The position numbers and the translations under genes were made by a program. From a virus, in IMG/VR virus record IMGVR_UViG_3300048930_000192, positions 32,001-96,000 of that record: 64,000 nucleotides of DNA. One strand, written 5' to 3'. Position 1 is the stretch's first letter, and every line of letters begins with the position of its first letter. Below the pieces are notes generated by a model, which was not told the origin of the DNA, searched no databases, and saw only the letters and a list, made by a program, of their open reading frames with translations. This document shows positions 41,124-50,951 of this stretch, piece after piece.

Positions 41124-41859
41124 CTTTTGGTTCCGGTCTCTTTATTTCGTCAATCGAATCACTAAACATATCAATAATCAGGCTAATCGGTACAGCAACA
41201 TGAGTATTTGTTATAGAATCGTATAATCCATGAACATAGAAGCTATCTAGAAATCCCACCCCAATATATCTGTCTATTAAGTTGGATTCAATATAATCTG
41301 GCGATAATTTAGGTTCATGATGCTTTGCCTTGATTGTTCTAATCTTACCATTCAAATCTTCGTATGTTATATCTATTGTATCATTCTTTATTTTGATTAG
41401 CGATAGATCTATCCATAACGACAATATTCTATCTTTAAAAGACTTGGGATCTGTAGTTATTTCTGAAGGTGCGCGATCTACGATTTGAGTACAAACAAAT
41501 TTGTTCCAAAAGTAATCTTCTCTATTTGCCATAAACTCTTTTTTAAGACCAATTACTTTCTTGCAATATTCATCATATTTAAACTTCTGCTGAATTGATC
41601 CTATTTCATCTATAATTTCTAGCTGATCATCTGGTGAGAAGTTAGCAACTTCATTAACAATGATTCTGTGCAATTCAGAACCGGTCTTGATGTCGGTAGA
41701 ATACAAAATATCTTTGAGTTTGTTATAAGTAGACGTATCTTTAGATTTAGATACTATGATATTTTTAATTTCGGTATAATATTCTTCAACTCTATATTTT
41801 TTGTGTAGAGAATGAACGTCTATAATCATGTCATTTGCAGACCGAGTAATGTTTCTCAT
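41107..41859 (-). CDS. Hypothetical protein between gp44 and gp62
   Basis: 250-aa ORF co-oriented, overlapping gp62 start. Confidence 0.65.
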   Translation of the reverse strand: MRNITRSANDMIIDVHSLHKKYRVEEYYTEIKNIIVSKSKDTSTYNKLKDILYSTDIKTGSELHRIIVNEVANFSPDDQLEIIDEIGSIQQKFKYDEYCKKVIGLKKEFMANREDYFWNKFVCTQIVDRAPSEITTDPKSFKDRILSLWIDLSLIKIKNDTIDITYEDLNGKIRTIKAKHHEPKLSPDYIESNLIDRYIGVGFLDSFYVHGLYDSITNTHVAVPISLIIDMFSDSIDEIKRPEPKDDGKS

Positions 41860-41879
41860 ATGTAATATTTATGATGGCC

Positions 41880-42815
41880 TCATTTAAATGTTGCATTTAC
41901 CATTATTTCAACAAAGCAGGCACACAAACAAATTTCTGGGTCACTGCTGAATGCCATCTTATACTGGTAATCTGCCAATATTAGAATTACTTGAGGCACA
42001 GATTGCTTGTCTACGGTTTCAGATAATGTATCATAGATTTCTCTAAAAATAGCAGACGAATCACAATCGCTGTTTTCACTAACCCATTTTCTGACTGAAA
42101 CGAAATTTTTCTCTTTCATGTGCTTAATTAGGGTAGCAACATTACTATGAGATCCGAGTGACAATATACCTTCGTCGATAGTACCTCTTGAACCGTATGT
42201 TTGTAGTTCACCGAGAATCTTTCTAAAATCTGGAAAGAACTTAAGGATAAATCTACTTAGAACCTTCTCGTCGTAAGATATCTGTTCACGATCCAAAATG
42301 TTCTTAACTCGTTGATGCATTTGAGAAGCCAATTTAGGCTGTTGATCTCGTGGCATCTTAAAATCAATAATAGAAAATCTACTATGTAGTGGTTCTATAA
42401 TCTTATTTTTAAAGTTACATGTTAGTATAAATCGGCAATTGGCTGCAAACTCTTCTATGAATCCACGAAACGCAGATTGAGTTGCCGCAGTCATATTATC
42501 ACTTTCGTCTAATATAACTACTTTGCCACCGCCAAGCACACTAACTGTACTTGCAAAGTTTCTGATAGTAGTGCGCAAGGTATCTATGTTGCCTTGTTCA
42601 GATGCATTAATGAAAAGTGTATCACAATTCAATTCATTGCACATGGCTCTGGCTGCCGTGGTCTTACCGCAACCGGGGCCACCACTTAACATTAAATTTT
42701 GAGCTTCGCCACTTTTGATTATATCTTTGAAGATCTTTGAGATATTATCTGGTAAAATACACTCGTCAATAGTTTTGGGCCTATATTTCTCAACAAACAG
42801 AAATTGATCGCTCAT
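41880..42815 (-). CDS. gp44: Clamp loader ATPase gp44
   Basis: VEKYRPKTIDECILP, GGPGCGKTT, ILDESD, PLHSR. Confidence 0.95.
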   Translation of the reverse strand: MSDQFLFVEKYRPKTIDECILPDNISKIFKDIIKSGEAQNLMLSGGPGCGKTTAARAMCNELNCDTLFINASEQGNIDTLRTTIRNFASTVSVLGGGKVVILDESDNMTAATQSAFRGFIEEFAANCRFILTCNFKNKIIEPLHSRFSIIDFKMPRDQQPKLASQMHQRVKNILDREQISYDEKVLSRFILKFFPDFRKILGELQTYGSRGTIDEGILSLGSHSNVATLIKHMKEKNFVSVRKWVSENSDCDSSAIFREIYDTLSETVDKQSVPQVILILADYQYKMAFSSDPEICLCACFVEIMVNATFK

Positions 42816-42822
42816 TATTTAC

Positions 42823-43500
42823 TCACTTCCAGAAGCTATCACTTTCAACACTTATAAAGTAAGTCACGTCAATGTCTTTGTTGGTAAATTTAGATATCTT
42901 TGGGCTGAGTTCGACAAGATAATTGCCAGGAATTATCTTGAGGCTATTTACAATGTCGAAGTTAAAGCTAAATTCGTGATTAGTCTGGTTATCACCAAGA
43001 TCTACTTCATACACGTTGCTTGAACTATCATTCTTATCATGCACAGCCAATACGATTCTATCGCCAACAGATCTAATGCTCATGTTAGAAACCATAAGTG
43101 CAGATCGTGACTTCATGATACCAGTGATCATTTCTGGTGTCAACTCGAAATTAAACTCAAAAGTCAGCGGCTTCATGTTTCTCTTGAGGTTATTTTCAAG
43201 AGTAGTCATCAATTCAGGTGCAGCATAACGGTATTTTACCTTTGACTTGCCACTAGAAATGATAACATGTGTGTCCTTGAAGTCAAAATCTGGATCCTTC
43301 ATCATCGAACACACATTTAGAAACTGAGAAAGATCAAAAATGTTTGCCTTCTCTGTAAAATTCTCACTAACAGTAGCAATAGAGATAATACCAAGATTTG
43401 GAGCTACAGTTTTAAGCTCGTTTCCTGGAAAAATCACTAAATTACTGTTGATTGATGAAAAATTCTTCAAAACCGTCATAGTATCTTCACTTATCTTCAT
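42823..43500 (-). CDS. gp45: Sliding clamp gp45
   Basis: LKNFSSINS, IFDLSQFL, LKIIPGNY; synteny. Confidence 0.92.
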   Translation of the reverse strand: MKISEDTMTVLKNFSSINSNLVIFPGNELKTVAPNLGIISIATVSENFTEKANIFDLSQFLNVCSMMKDPDFDFKDTHVIISSGKSKVKYRYAAPELMTTLENNLKRNMKPLTFEFNFELTPEMITGIMKSRSALMVSNMSIRSVGDRIVLAVHDKNDSSSNVYEVDLGDNQTNHEFSFNFDIVNSLKIIPGNYLVELSPKISKFTNKDIDVTYFISVESDSFWK

Positions 43501-43576
43501 AATATCTCCAAAATATTAAAAATCACTGTTTAAAATGTCTGATACAACGTCTATTATATCAGACATACGACGTATT

Positions 43577-43720
43577 TTAGCTGTTCGGAGAGAACTTGTC
43601 AACAACCTTACTTTCGGCATCTCTTACTTTAGCAAGAGTATTCTTATTATTCTTGCTAAACCAAACAGTAAGACCAAAACTAACGACTGCGCCAACTAAA
43701 AGACCTGCAATAAAAAGCAT
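43577..43720 (-). CDS. Small single-pass membrane protein
   Basis: AGGAG RBS then MLFIAGLLVGAVVSFGLTVWF. Confidence 0.6.
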   Translation of the reverse strand: MLFIAGLLVGAVVSFGLTVWFSKNNKNTLAKVRDAESKVVDKFSPNS

Positions 43721-43739
43721 AAACTTTCTCCTTTTTAAA

Positions 43740-43985
43740 TTATTCATTATCATCTTCACCAAAGTCTTGAATATCACCATCTTCTGTGTCTGGTTCTACT
43801 TGATCCAAATCTTCTTCTGAATATCCATTATATTCAGCCTCTGGATTAGTAAAATTCTGCGAAACAAAATCTTTAAAATGATTAATTCGATCATTTGTAC
43901 GATTGATCATTTCTTGATCAAACATCATCTTAAATGTTCCTGGGTTACCGTCATTTAAGGCATTCATCATATCTTCAATACTCAT
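43740..43985 (-). CDS. Prohead core protein gp67-like
   Basis: 81 aa helical N-half plus very acidic tail, resembling T4 gp67. Confidence 0.5.
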   Translation of the reverse strand: MSIEDMMNALNDGNPGTFKMMFDQEMINRTNDRINHFKDFVSQNFTNPEAEYNGYSEEDLDQVEPDTEDGDIQDFGEDDNE

Positions 43986-44596
43986 GGATTTGTTCCTTTC
44001 ATCTGTTTAATTCTATCTGCCAAGCCGCCGGCAGCTTTGCGCTTTGCTTCTAGTTCTTTGCGGCGTTTCTCTTCGGCATTAGCTCTATCATCAGCCAACT
44101 TTGCACTCTTTTCTGGATCTTGAGTTGCTTTATAATGGTCTTTAGATGCTTGCCGTTCTGAATCAGTTAGTTTCTTGCCAGTAAATCTAGGCACGAAGGC
44201 AGCAGGATCAACACTTCTATTTTCCATCTGCGCCTTAACGCGATCCATGATTCTATTATATCTACGCTTTTTGCGATTGTCAGAATCTTTCTTTGGGCCT
44301 AATCTATGCAATTGGCGAACATTGCGTTCTAAAGTATCTTTCTTATTTTTACCTGAAGCCTCTGATATTTTGTCAGTAGTTTGAAACTTGGCGTAACTAA
44401 CATTTAAAGCTTTGGCATTAGTAAGCGGCGAACTCTCTGTCTTTATGTCTTTAAGAGCGGCCAATGCTCGTTCTGCTTCTGGTCGGTCTTTATGCTTACT
44501 CATGGTAAGTGTTTGTGTGCCTACGATCTTAATCACAGCAAACAGATCGCCGCCGAGCTTTATAATTTTGTATTTAGTCGTATTTTCTTGCGCCAT
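43982..44596 (-). CDS. Basic hypothetical protein (possible internal head protein)
   Basis: K/R-rich, in late operon. Confidence 0.5.
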   Translation of the reverse strand: MAQENTTKYKIIKLGGDLFAVIKIVGTQTLTMSKHKDRPEAERALAALKDIKTESSPLTNAKALNVSYAKFQTTDKISEASGKNKKDTLERNVRQLHRLGPKKDSDNRKKRRYNRIMDRVKAQMENRSVDPAAFVPRFTGKKLTDSERQASKDHYKATQDPEKSAKLADDRANAEEKRRKELEAKRKAAGGLADRIKQMKGTNP

Positions 44597-45242
44597 TAGC
44601 TTCTACCTCTTTCAAAAAACCGACATATCCAAGCAAACTGTCGTCTTTGGACTTGATCGGAAATGCTTCTATTCTAACACGATACTTTATGCCATCTGTG
44701 TTTTGAATATAAAATATATCATGAAATTCTTCAATATTTGATATACACCGATTCCATTCACTTCTAACCTCTTCTCTGTCTGACTCTTCTATTGTATTTA
44801 GCCAACCATAACCCAACAGTTCTTCAATTGTTCGATTAGTAAGCCGTTGGTACAGTCTATTAACAGTAGTTACATTGCCACGACTATCTGTTTCAAAATA
44901 ACATATTTGCTTGCTAGAAGTTAAGATAGCCTTTTGGCGCTGTTCTAGATAGTGCATATTTTTATCTATTCTATTAACAGAATCTTTGATACTCATGCCA
45001 CCGTTAGTAGAAAGTTCTTTAGATATTTCAGAAATTTGATTATTTATTTTAGGTATTTGACCAATACTATCTGATATCGAACTAAAGTACTTTTTTACTG
45101 GTATCACTATTTTCTTACTAACATACAGATATATAGCACCAATAGCTCCGGCTCCAGCAACTATACCCACCAATGCTTGACTGATCTCATTAATGTTGGG
45201 TATACTAATTAATGCAATAATCAGACTAACGAAATGATCCAA
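44574..45242 (-). CDS. Membrane-anchored PAS-domain protein
   Basis: N-terminal TM; C-terminal FETDSRGNVTTVN..EELLGYGWLNTIEESDREEV..W..GYVG PAS pattern; CATAAATA late promoter at 45273-45280. Confidence 0.75.
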   Translation of the reverse strand: MDHFVSLIIALISIPNINEISQALVGIVAGAGAIGAIYLYVSKKIVIPVKKYFSSISDSIGQIPKINNQISEISKELSTNGGMSIKDSVNRIDKNMHYLEQRQKAILTSSKQICYFETDSRGNVTTVNRLYQRLTNRTIEELLGYGWLNTIEESDREEVRSEWNRCISNIEEFHDIFYIQNTDGIKYRVRIEAFPIKSKDDSLLGYVGFLKEVEANGARKYD

Positions 45243-45281
45243 AGTAATATCTCCAGTTAAGTTCTTATTAGATATTTATGT

Positions 45282-46376
45282 TTACCCAAAAGTAGTTAAC
45301 GGTGATATGCCAATTCTTGTGTTTGGTATGACCAAACCATGAATATCTACGTTCCGGTCACTGGCTGGCCTCAACGAGAAGCATGGTTCTAGATCTGGTC
45401 TAAGAGTTATAATGTCTCGATGTATTCGTCTGTCAATTACATGCAACGGATTGTCGGTATGAAAATAATCGTCTATTGTTTTTTCGTCTGGCTCACCAAA
45501 ACAGATCATATCTACGTTATTTGGACCAGATTCGCCAAATTGACTATATTCGTGCCCGTACATAGCACAATTCATTAATTCTATAGATTCTGGTGAGCCA
45601 TCATATATTCTACGAATCGTTCGTTTTGTGGTTGAATTGAGATATTCGTTTACATCTATTATATATGATATATTCTTAACTAATTTATTATTGTATATCC
45701 GTTCGCCTGCACTCTTAGATATACCAGACCATTGTCTGAATTCTGGCCCACTCGACCCTGCTTTATGAGATATAAAGTAAGTGTTTAATTTACTTGAGCC
45801 ACCATAACTGGTACTTGCAGTATACAATGCTATATCAGCCTTTTCGCCAGTATTTAACGGCAAGCAACAAATTGGCGTAGATTTATACCCCATCGAATCA
45901 ACATATCGTCTAAACAAGCCTTTTCTTATAGCACCATTTACTTTACTAACAAATTTAATTTCATGCCTGGCGCACGACACAAACGGAAATCTGGGTAACG
46001 GCACTCGATCAAACATCGGCATTTGTGTGTACAAATTAAAATCTTCAAAATCGTATTCTAACGGTGTGTTTGATGAAGTTAATAAGATGTTACTTTTTAT
46101 TACATTGCAGCCGTTAATTTCTATCTTAGAAACTTCATCAACAAACTTAATCGTACATTTGTGTTTACACAATTGCTGCAATTCTTCGATCGGTGTTGTA
46201 AAGATATTGTATTGTTTATTATCTAATTCAAATACAACTGTAGTAAAACATATTGGGTTATATTTTTTAACTACCCAATATGTTTTACTATTTAATTTAT
46301 CTTTGACAGCTTCAATTCTTTCAATCGCACAATTGCCGCTTGAGCCTAGAAATCCCGGTGCATTCAAACCACTCAT
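45282..46376 (-). CDS. Hypothetical protein
   Basis: 364-aa ORF, no recognised family. Confidence 0.65.
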   Translation of the reverse strand: MSGLNAPGFLGSSGNCAIERIEAVKDKLNSKTYWVVKKYNPICFTTVVFELDNKQYNIFTTPIEELQQLCKHKCTIKFVDEVSKIEINGCNVIKSNILLTSSNTPLEYDFEDFNLYTQMPMFDRVPLPRFPFVSCARHEIKFVSKVNGAIRKGLFRRYVDSMGYKSTPICCLPLNTGEKADIALYTASTSYGGSSKLNTYFISHKAGSSGPEFRQWSGISKSAGERIYNNKLVKNISYIIDVNEYLNSTTKRTIRRIYDGSPESIELMNCAMYGHEYSQFGESGPNNVDMICFGEPDEKTIDDYFHTDNPLHVIDRRIHRDIITLRPDLEPCFSLRPASDRNVDIHGLVIPNTRIGISPLTTFG

Positions 46377-46396
46377 GATATAATATTCCCTAATAT

Positions 46397-47557
46397 TTAA
46401 CTAAAATCAATTTCGTCGATATTAACGGCATTATCGTATTGCGGATACTGTTTTGCACCAGTGTTAATACTACTCTTAATTAGACCGTTGGCATATTTAA
46501 TATTTACACGAGCCAAAATATCTTCAACTGCATCTCTGTCTGCCTGGGTTTCGTGCGGGCTAGCCCAATAAAGCGCCTCTTTGTAGCCACCTATGCAAAG
46601 AGCACTAACCAGTGCCTCAAACGGCTGATATGTATTATACGACGGCATACCGTTGCCACGATATCGTGGCAACGCAATCCACGGCAACTTCTTTGTGCTT
46701 ACGCTCAACGAATCTGCAAGATCTAATGCTATTTCAAACCCTACTCTAGACGCACGAGCCAAATCTATATCTGCTGCATTTTTATCTAAAATCACTTTGG
46801 CCTGATACGATCGTAACGATATACCTCTGGCACCCGAACAGTCTGGATATATTGGCGGCGAATTGTAGCCAAAGTAACTAACACCTGTATATTTGGTGCT
46901 AACCCAGTTATTGATTTCGGTATGATCACGATACATCTTGCTTACGCCGTAATTAGAAAATACGTTGCCAACATAGTTCTGAGCATAATACGGCTTAGAA
47001 ATTATTTCGTATAAAGATTTGGTGTATCTTAGTTGCGCCCATCTAGAAAAGTTCATGATCCATCTGGCACCACCAGATGCAGCACCATAACTAGTTAATA
47101 ATACATCTTTATCGTATGTGGCCAATAGTTTGCGGTCAAATTTCTTAGTGGCAATAGCTGCGTCAATTTGTGCAAGTCTGGTTGGATTATCTACGCCAAT
47201 TCTGTACCAGGTATAACCGCTTTCGTTTTCTAATACAACACGATACGGTTGCACGCCACCAGCGGCGCTATATGCAGCCCAAAATCTTTCGCTATAATTA
47301 CGCCATGCAATCATCGACGGTGTATTGCCGATCAAAAAGTCAGCCAACGACTCAGATGCAAGATTTGGCAAACCAGATGCGGCCTCGCCAAAATGCCGAA
47401 GAAACATCACGTCACCGTCTTTCATCTGACTGGCTGCTGATTGTGCAGCAGCCTCTGGTGATGCAAATGTAGAAACTTTTATTAATACCATTGGTTTAAT
47501 AAACTCTGATTCTGGATTCTTGCTTTGAACATCATCGGTCCATGAAAATAGCTTCAT
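46397..47557 (-). CDS. Hypothetical protein (possibly glycoside-hydrolase-like barrel)
   Basis: 386 aa, aromatic-rich; AATAAATA late-type promoter at 47587-47594. Confidence 0.55.
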   Translation of the reverse strand: MKLFSWTDDVQSKNPESEFIKPMVLIKVSTFASPEAAAQSAASQMKDGDVMFLRHFGEAASGLPNLASESLADFLIGNTPSMIAWRNYSERFWAAYSAAGGVQPYRVVLENESGYTWYRIGVDNPTRLAQIDAAIATKKFDRKLLATYDKDVLLTSYGAASGGARWIMNFSRWAQLRYTKSLYEIISKPYYAQNYVGNVFSNYGVSKMYRDHTEINNWVSTKYTGVSYFGYNSPPIYPDCSGARGISLRSYQAKVILDKNAADIDLARASRVGFEIALDLADSLSVSTKKLPWIALPRYRGNGMPSYNTYQPFEALVSALCIGGYKEALYWASPHETQADRDAVEDILARVNIKYANGLIKSSINTGAKQYPQYDNAVNIDEIDFS

Positions 47558-47607
47558 ACGATTATATCTCCCTGTTATATGATAACTATTTATTACAACG
47601 ATAATGT

Positions 47608-49369
47608 TTAATCAAACATTCTAATATTAATCAAACATTCTAATATTACTGTATACCAGTGTTGTAAGAAATGATCAAGACCCGATGATATCTGATTCAT
47701 ACTTACATCAAAGTCAGATGTATAATGGGATTTGTAATAATCACTGAATTCGCCAAGTGTAGACATTAAACCAAGGTCAAATCGATTAAACAGTTTATTG
47801 ATCAACTCGCGATGTGTATAATTAAATGTAACATGTCTGAAAAATACAAGTACCTTACCGGGCATTTCTTGAATACTAACATACATTGATATAGTAATAG
47901 AACCATCAGTTTCTATAATTAAACTAACAACCGATGTGGCAATATCAAGATGGCCAGTATCTACAGGCACAATAAAACCATAATTGGGTGTGTCGTCGCC
48001 AGATAGTATGTAAATTTGAGGTACATTAGCCATTATTGGGTATATCCAGCCAATGATTGGTTATAACAACAAGATTTATGTAACTTGTCACAAATTCGAT
48101 GTCAGCCATATTATGTTTTCTCTTTTTATAATAACTTGCGAATTCCTCAGAAAAATACGAATACATCTGTTGCATTACACTCAAGAAGTTATATTTAAAG
48201 ATTGGGCCAAAATGCTTTGTAAAGCAGACCCATGAAAAATCACCATGTTTAAATCTCAATGTTATATGCAAATTGCCATTACTGCATTCTACGTTTTCGA
48301 CAGTAATGGTATAATTCTCAAATACAAAGCAACCACTATTATCAGTCAACCTGCTAATCATAACATTATAATAATGTGTATTATAGTCGGGGTTGGTCTT
48401 ATATACGTTCATGTATACCACCTGTGCCGATCTTGTTGAGCTGAGTCATATAATATAAGAAAAGGTGAGCACAATAAAATGAAACCTCGTCTATTTCATT
48501 AGATGTTAGAAGACGACCAAAATCTGCAACCACAGATCTACAAATCCTATCATAAACTGATTTATATATATCACTGATAACAGTCAGTATTGGTGCACCG
48601 ATATCGTATGTAACACCCAAATCGCAAATACATAAATCATTAATTTGCCGCTGAGGGGGTAGATCATAAGTTTGTAGATGCAAAGTAATATCACACCGTA
48701 TGTTAGTATTACCGATCGCCATACGAAAATGACTAATTGTTATATCTTTATTAAGATTATCAATAGTAGTAGGTAAACCAATAATCTGTTTGTTTGTTTG
48801 ATGAATGCTGGTATCACAACTGTTCTTTGTTATTGTAATGTTAGATAATTGATCGATACCGACGCAATAATTGATAAAGTTATCGTTTGGTATCATATAT
48901 TATGTTCCACTGTTCTAGGAAACTGAACTAAACTTAAGGTAATCAAATAATCAACAAGAAAGCAGACAAGACTGATATTATCAGGTTCTATTACAGATAT
49001 CTTAGAAAGACCACTACTAATTGTATTATTAATCGAATGTAATAACCACATTATGTCGTCGTGTATCGTAAATGAATCATTATAGAGTTCAGTATATTCT
49101 TCTTTTGGGGTTGATGAAGCCTTATTATTGATGACCTTCGCACAAAGATTGATTTTGTAATAATATCTATTGTTGATAGTATTATACCCAGCAATAAACT
49201 CTTTAAGTATTATTTTAATAGTATATTGGCTATTAGAAAATAATGCAATAACCTCTGATTCTTGCATGGTATTAGTATCTGAGTTTGGTTGATTGGATAT
49301 GTAAAATTGATATCTGATAGTATCTTTAATACATTGTGGTGTAAAGAAGTTATTATTTAATGCAGTCAT
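47608..49369 (-). CDS. Four AT-rich hypothetical ORFs (48893-49369, 48399-48896, 48026-48421, 47608-48033)
   Basis: Overlapping stop/start chain behind promoter at 49408-49436. Confidence 0.55.
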
Positions 49370-49407
49370 ATATGAAACTCACGATATAAGAACACTAATG
49401 TTGACGT

Positions 49408-49436
49408 ATTATACACGATTGGTATGATATGATCAA
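49408..49436 (-). promoter_or_regulatory. sigma70 promoter
   Basis: TTGATC-17-TATAAT. Confidence 0.7.
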
Positions 49437-49507
49437 AAATCTGAGTTTCGGTGCGTAAGATAATAGTCGCCTATAGTAGATCTATAGTGATTACCGTGAC
49501 CACCGTT

Positions 49508-49720
49508 ATTTTAACTCTGGATAGTGAAAAATTGTGGCGGCCAAAAGAACGGTAACAGTACCACCACCGTACCACCACCACCGTACCACCACCACCGTAC
49601 CACCACCACCGTACCACCACCACCATTTTGACTCTGGATAGTCACCATTTTAACTCTGGATAGTGAAAAATTGTGGCGGCCAAAATATCGTATTTAATCT
49701 TCAACGACCCCCACCACCCC
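49508..49720. repeat. Repeat block: 39-bp direct repeats (49508-49546, 49647-49685) flanking (GTACCACCACCACC)x4 plus a partial copy
   Basis: Read directly; sits at the strand and composition switch. Confidence 0.9.
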
Positions 49721-49796
49721 TCTTTATATAGTGTCTTTTCGTATCTGAGATACTACAGTTAGTGTGTACTAACAGTCGATTTTTTCACTCCAGTGC

Positions 49797-49824
49797 TTGA
49801 CTCTACGCGCGACGCGCATACACT
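49797..49824 (+). promoter_or_regulatory. sigma70-like promoter of the CC/GG-free gene
   Basis: TTGACT-16-TACACT, preceded by TCTGAGATA and GTTAGT..ACTAAC motifs shared with downstream cassettes. Confidence 0.65.
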
Positions 49825-49894
49825 CTATGTGTCTACTACGTGTCGCGCAACTTCGTGAGACACGAAAACAATAGTAGACTTGTGAGAATCTGAC

Positions 49895-50559
49895 ATGACT
49901 TCTACGCTTCAGATCGTTGCATCGTCGCACGTCGTTCGTTTTCGTGATCAAGAGCAGCGACTGTTTTCGTACAGTCTGCACGATTCGTCTGTCAGTCTCA
50001 CGCGCAACGCGCTTGCGTCGTACGCGCTCGATCGTGAAGACTCTCTCGCGCACGTGCATACGATCGATCGCGACGAATTCGAGCGCGCAAATACGCGCGT
50101 GATTCGTGACAGTGTGTACGAAAACTACGCGCAGAATCGTCACTCGATCGAGCGCGTACGACGCAAACGTTCGCGCGTGCGACGATCGATTCGTGCTTCA
50201 CTACGTTCTCGACTGTCGCGCGCTTCACTGTCAACGTCGATAACGTCAAGCGCGACAAGTGTGTGCGAATCGTGCGAAAAGTTGAATTCGACGAAGCGTA
50301 CAATGCAAGCGCAGAGCACGATTTGCAGATCGCGCAAGATTGCAGACTGCAATCGATCGAGATCATGCAAATGATCGAAGATGTGCAGAAATTGCGCGCA
50401 AAGATCGCATCGTGCATCACTCTCTTTCACAAAATGAAAGAGAGCGCAGACAAAGAGACGCGCGACAAAGCGTTTGCTGCTCTCAACGCTGCGAAAAAGC
50501 GCAAGATTCTGCTCGCAGAGATGCTCGAATCGTTGAATTGCGCAGATCTTTTCGACTAA
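49895..50559 (+). CDS. CC/GG-free early gene (~221 aa, no Gly/Pro/Trp), split by a 1-nt frameshift near 50120
   Basis: Frame of 49895 reads MTSTLQIV..DSVYE; the -1 frame continues KLRAESSLDRARTTQTFARATIDSCF..LNCADLFD* to 50559; flanked by promoter and terminator. Confidence 0.7.
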
Positions 50560-50579
50560 GATCGAAAACAGAACAAAAC

Positions 50580-50609
50580 ACGAACGAAGCGCTAACGTGC
50601 TTCGTTCGT
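50580..50609 (+). terminator. Terminator hairpin built without CC/GG
   Basis: ACGAACGAAGC-gctaacgt-GCTTCGTTCGT followed by CTTTC. Confidence 0.7.
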
Positions 50610-50843
50610 CTTTCTCACAAAGCGCCGATTGCCAGTGCTTGTTGCGCTGGCTTTCGTCGTTTTTCGGTCGGATCATAACATCGCGTTCGCCATTGTATGC
50701 ATGGTGGTATCAAAAGTCAAGTAAAAAATAAAATAATATTATACGGTGGTGGCGGACGCGAGGTTAGTAACGGCTAACTAACAACCATCTGGGATACCGT
50801 ATGTTAGTGAATACTAATGTGTGTCAAAATCAAGTCTACGTGC

Positions 50844-50872
50844 TTGACATTCGCACGTTTACGCGCTATACT
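50844..50872 (+). promoter_or_regulatory. Early sigma70 promoter
   Basis: TTGACA-17-TATACT. Confidence 0.88.
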
Positions 50873-50951
50873 TATGTGTCACACGAGAGAATATTAGACG
50901 TGAGTGTTTCACGAAAAGTAAACTCTCAAAACAAGTTTGGAGTATCTGACA

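Noticed and set aside
45282-46376. Druantia DruA-like protein suggested by TSYGGSSKLN
   Set aside because: A single short motif with no other supporting features
49558-49624. CRISPR array
   Set aside because: 14-bp tandem units without spacers
49769-50678. Many overlapping ORFs on both strands (49769-50143, 49917-50102, 49998-50420, 50140-50676, 50340-50678)
   Set aside because: By-products of a stop-poor CG-rich composition; only the + strand 49895-50559 reading fits the promoter and terminator
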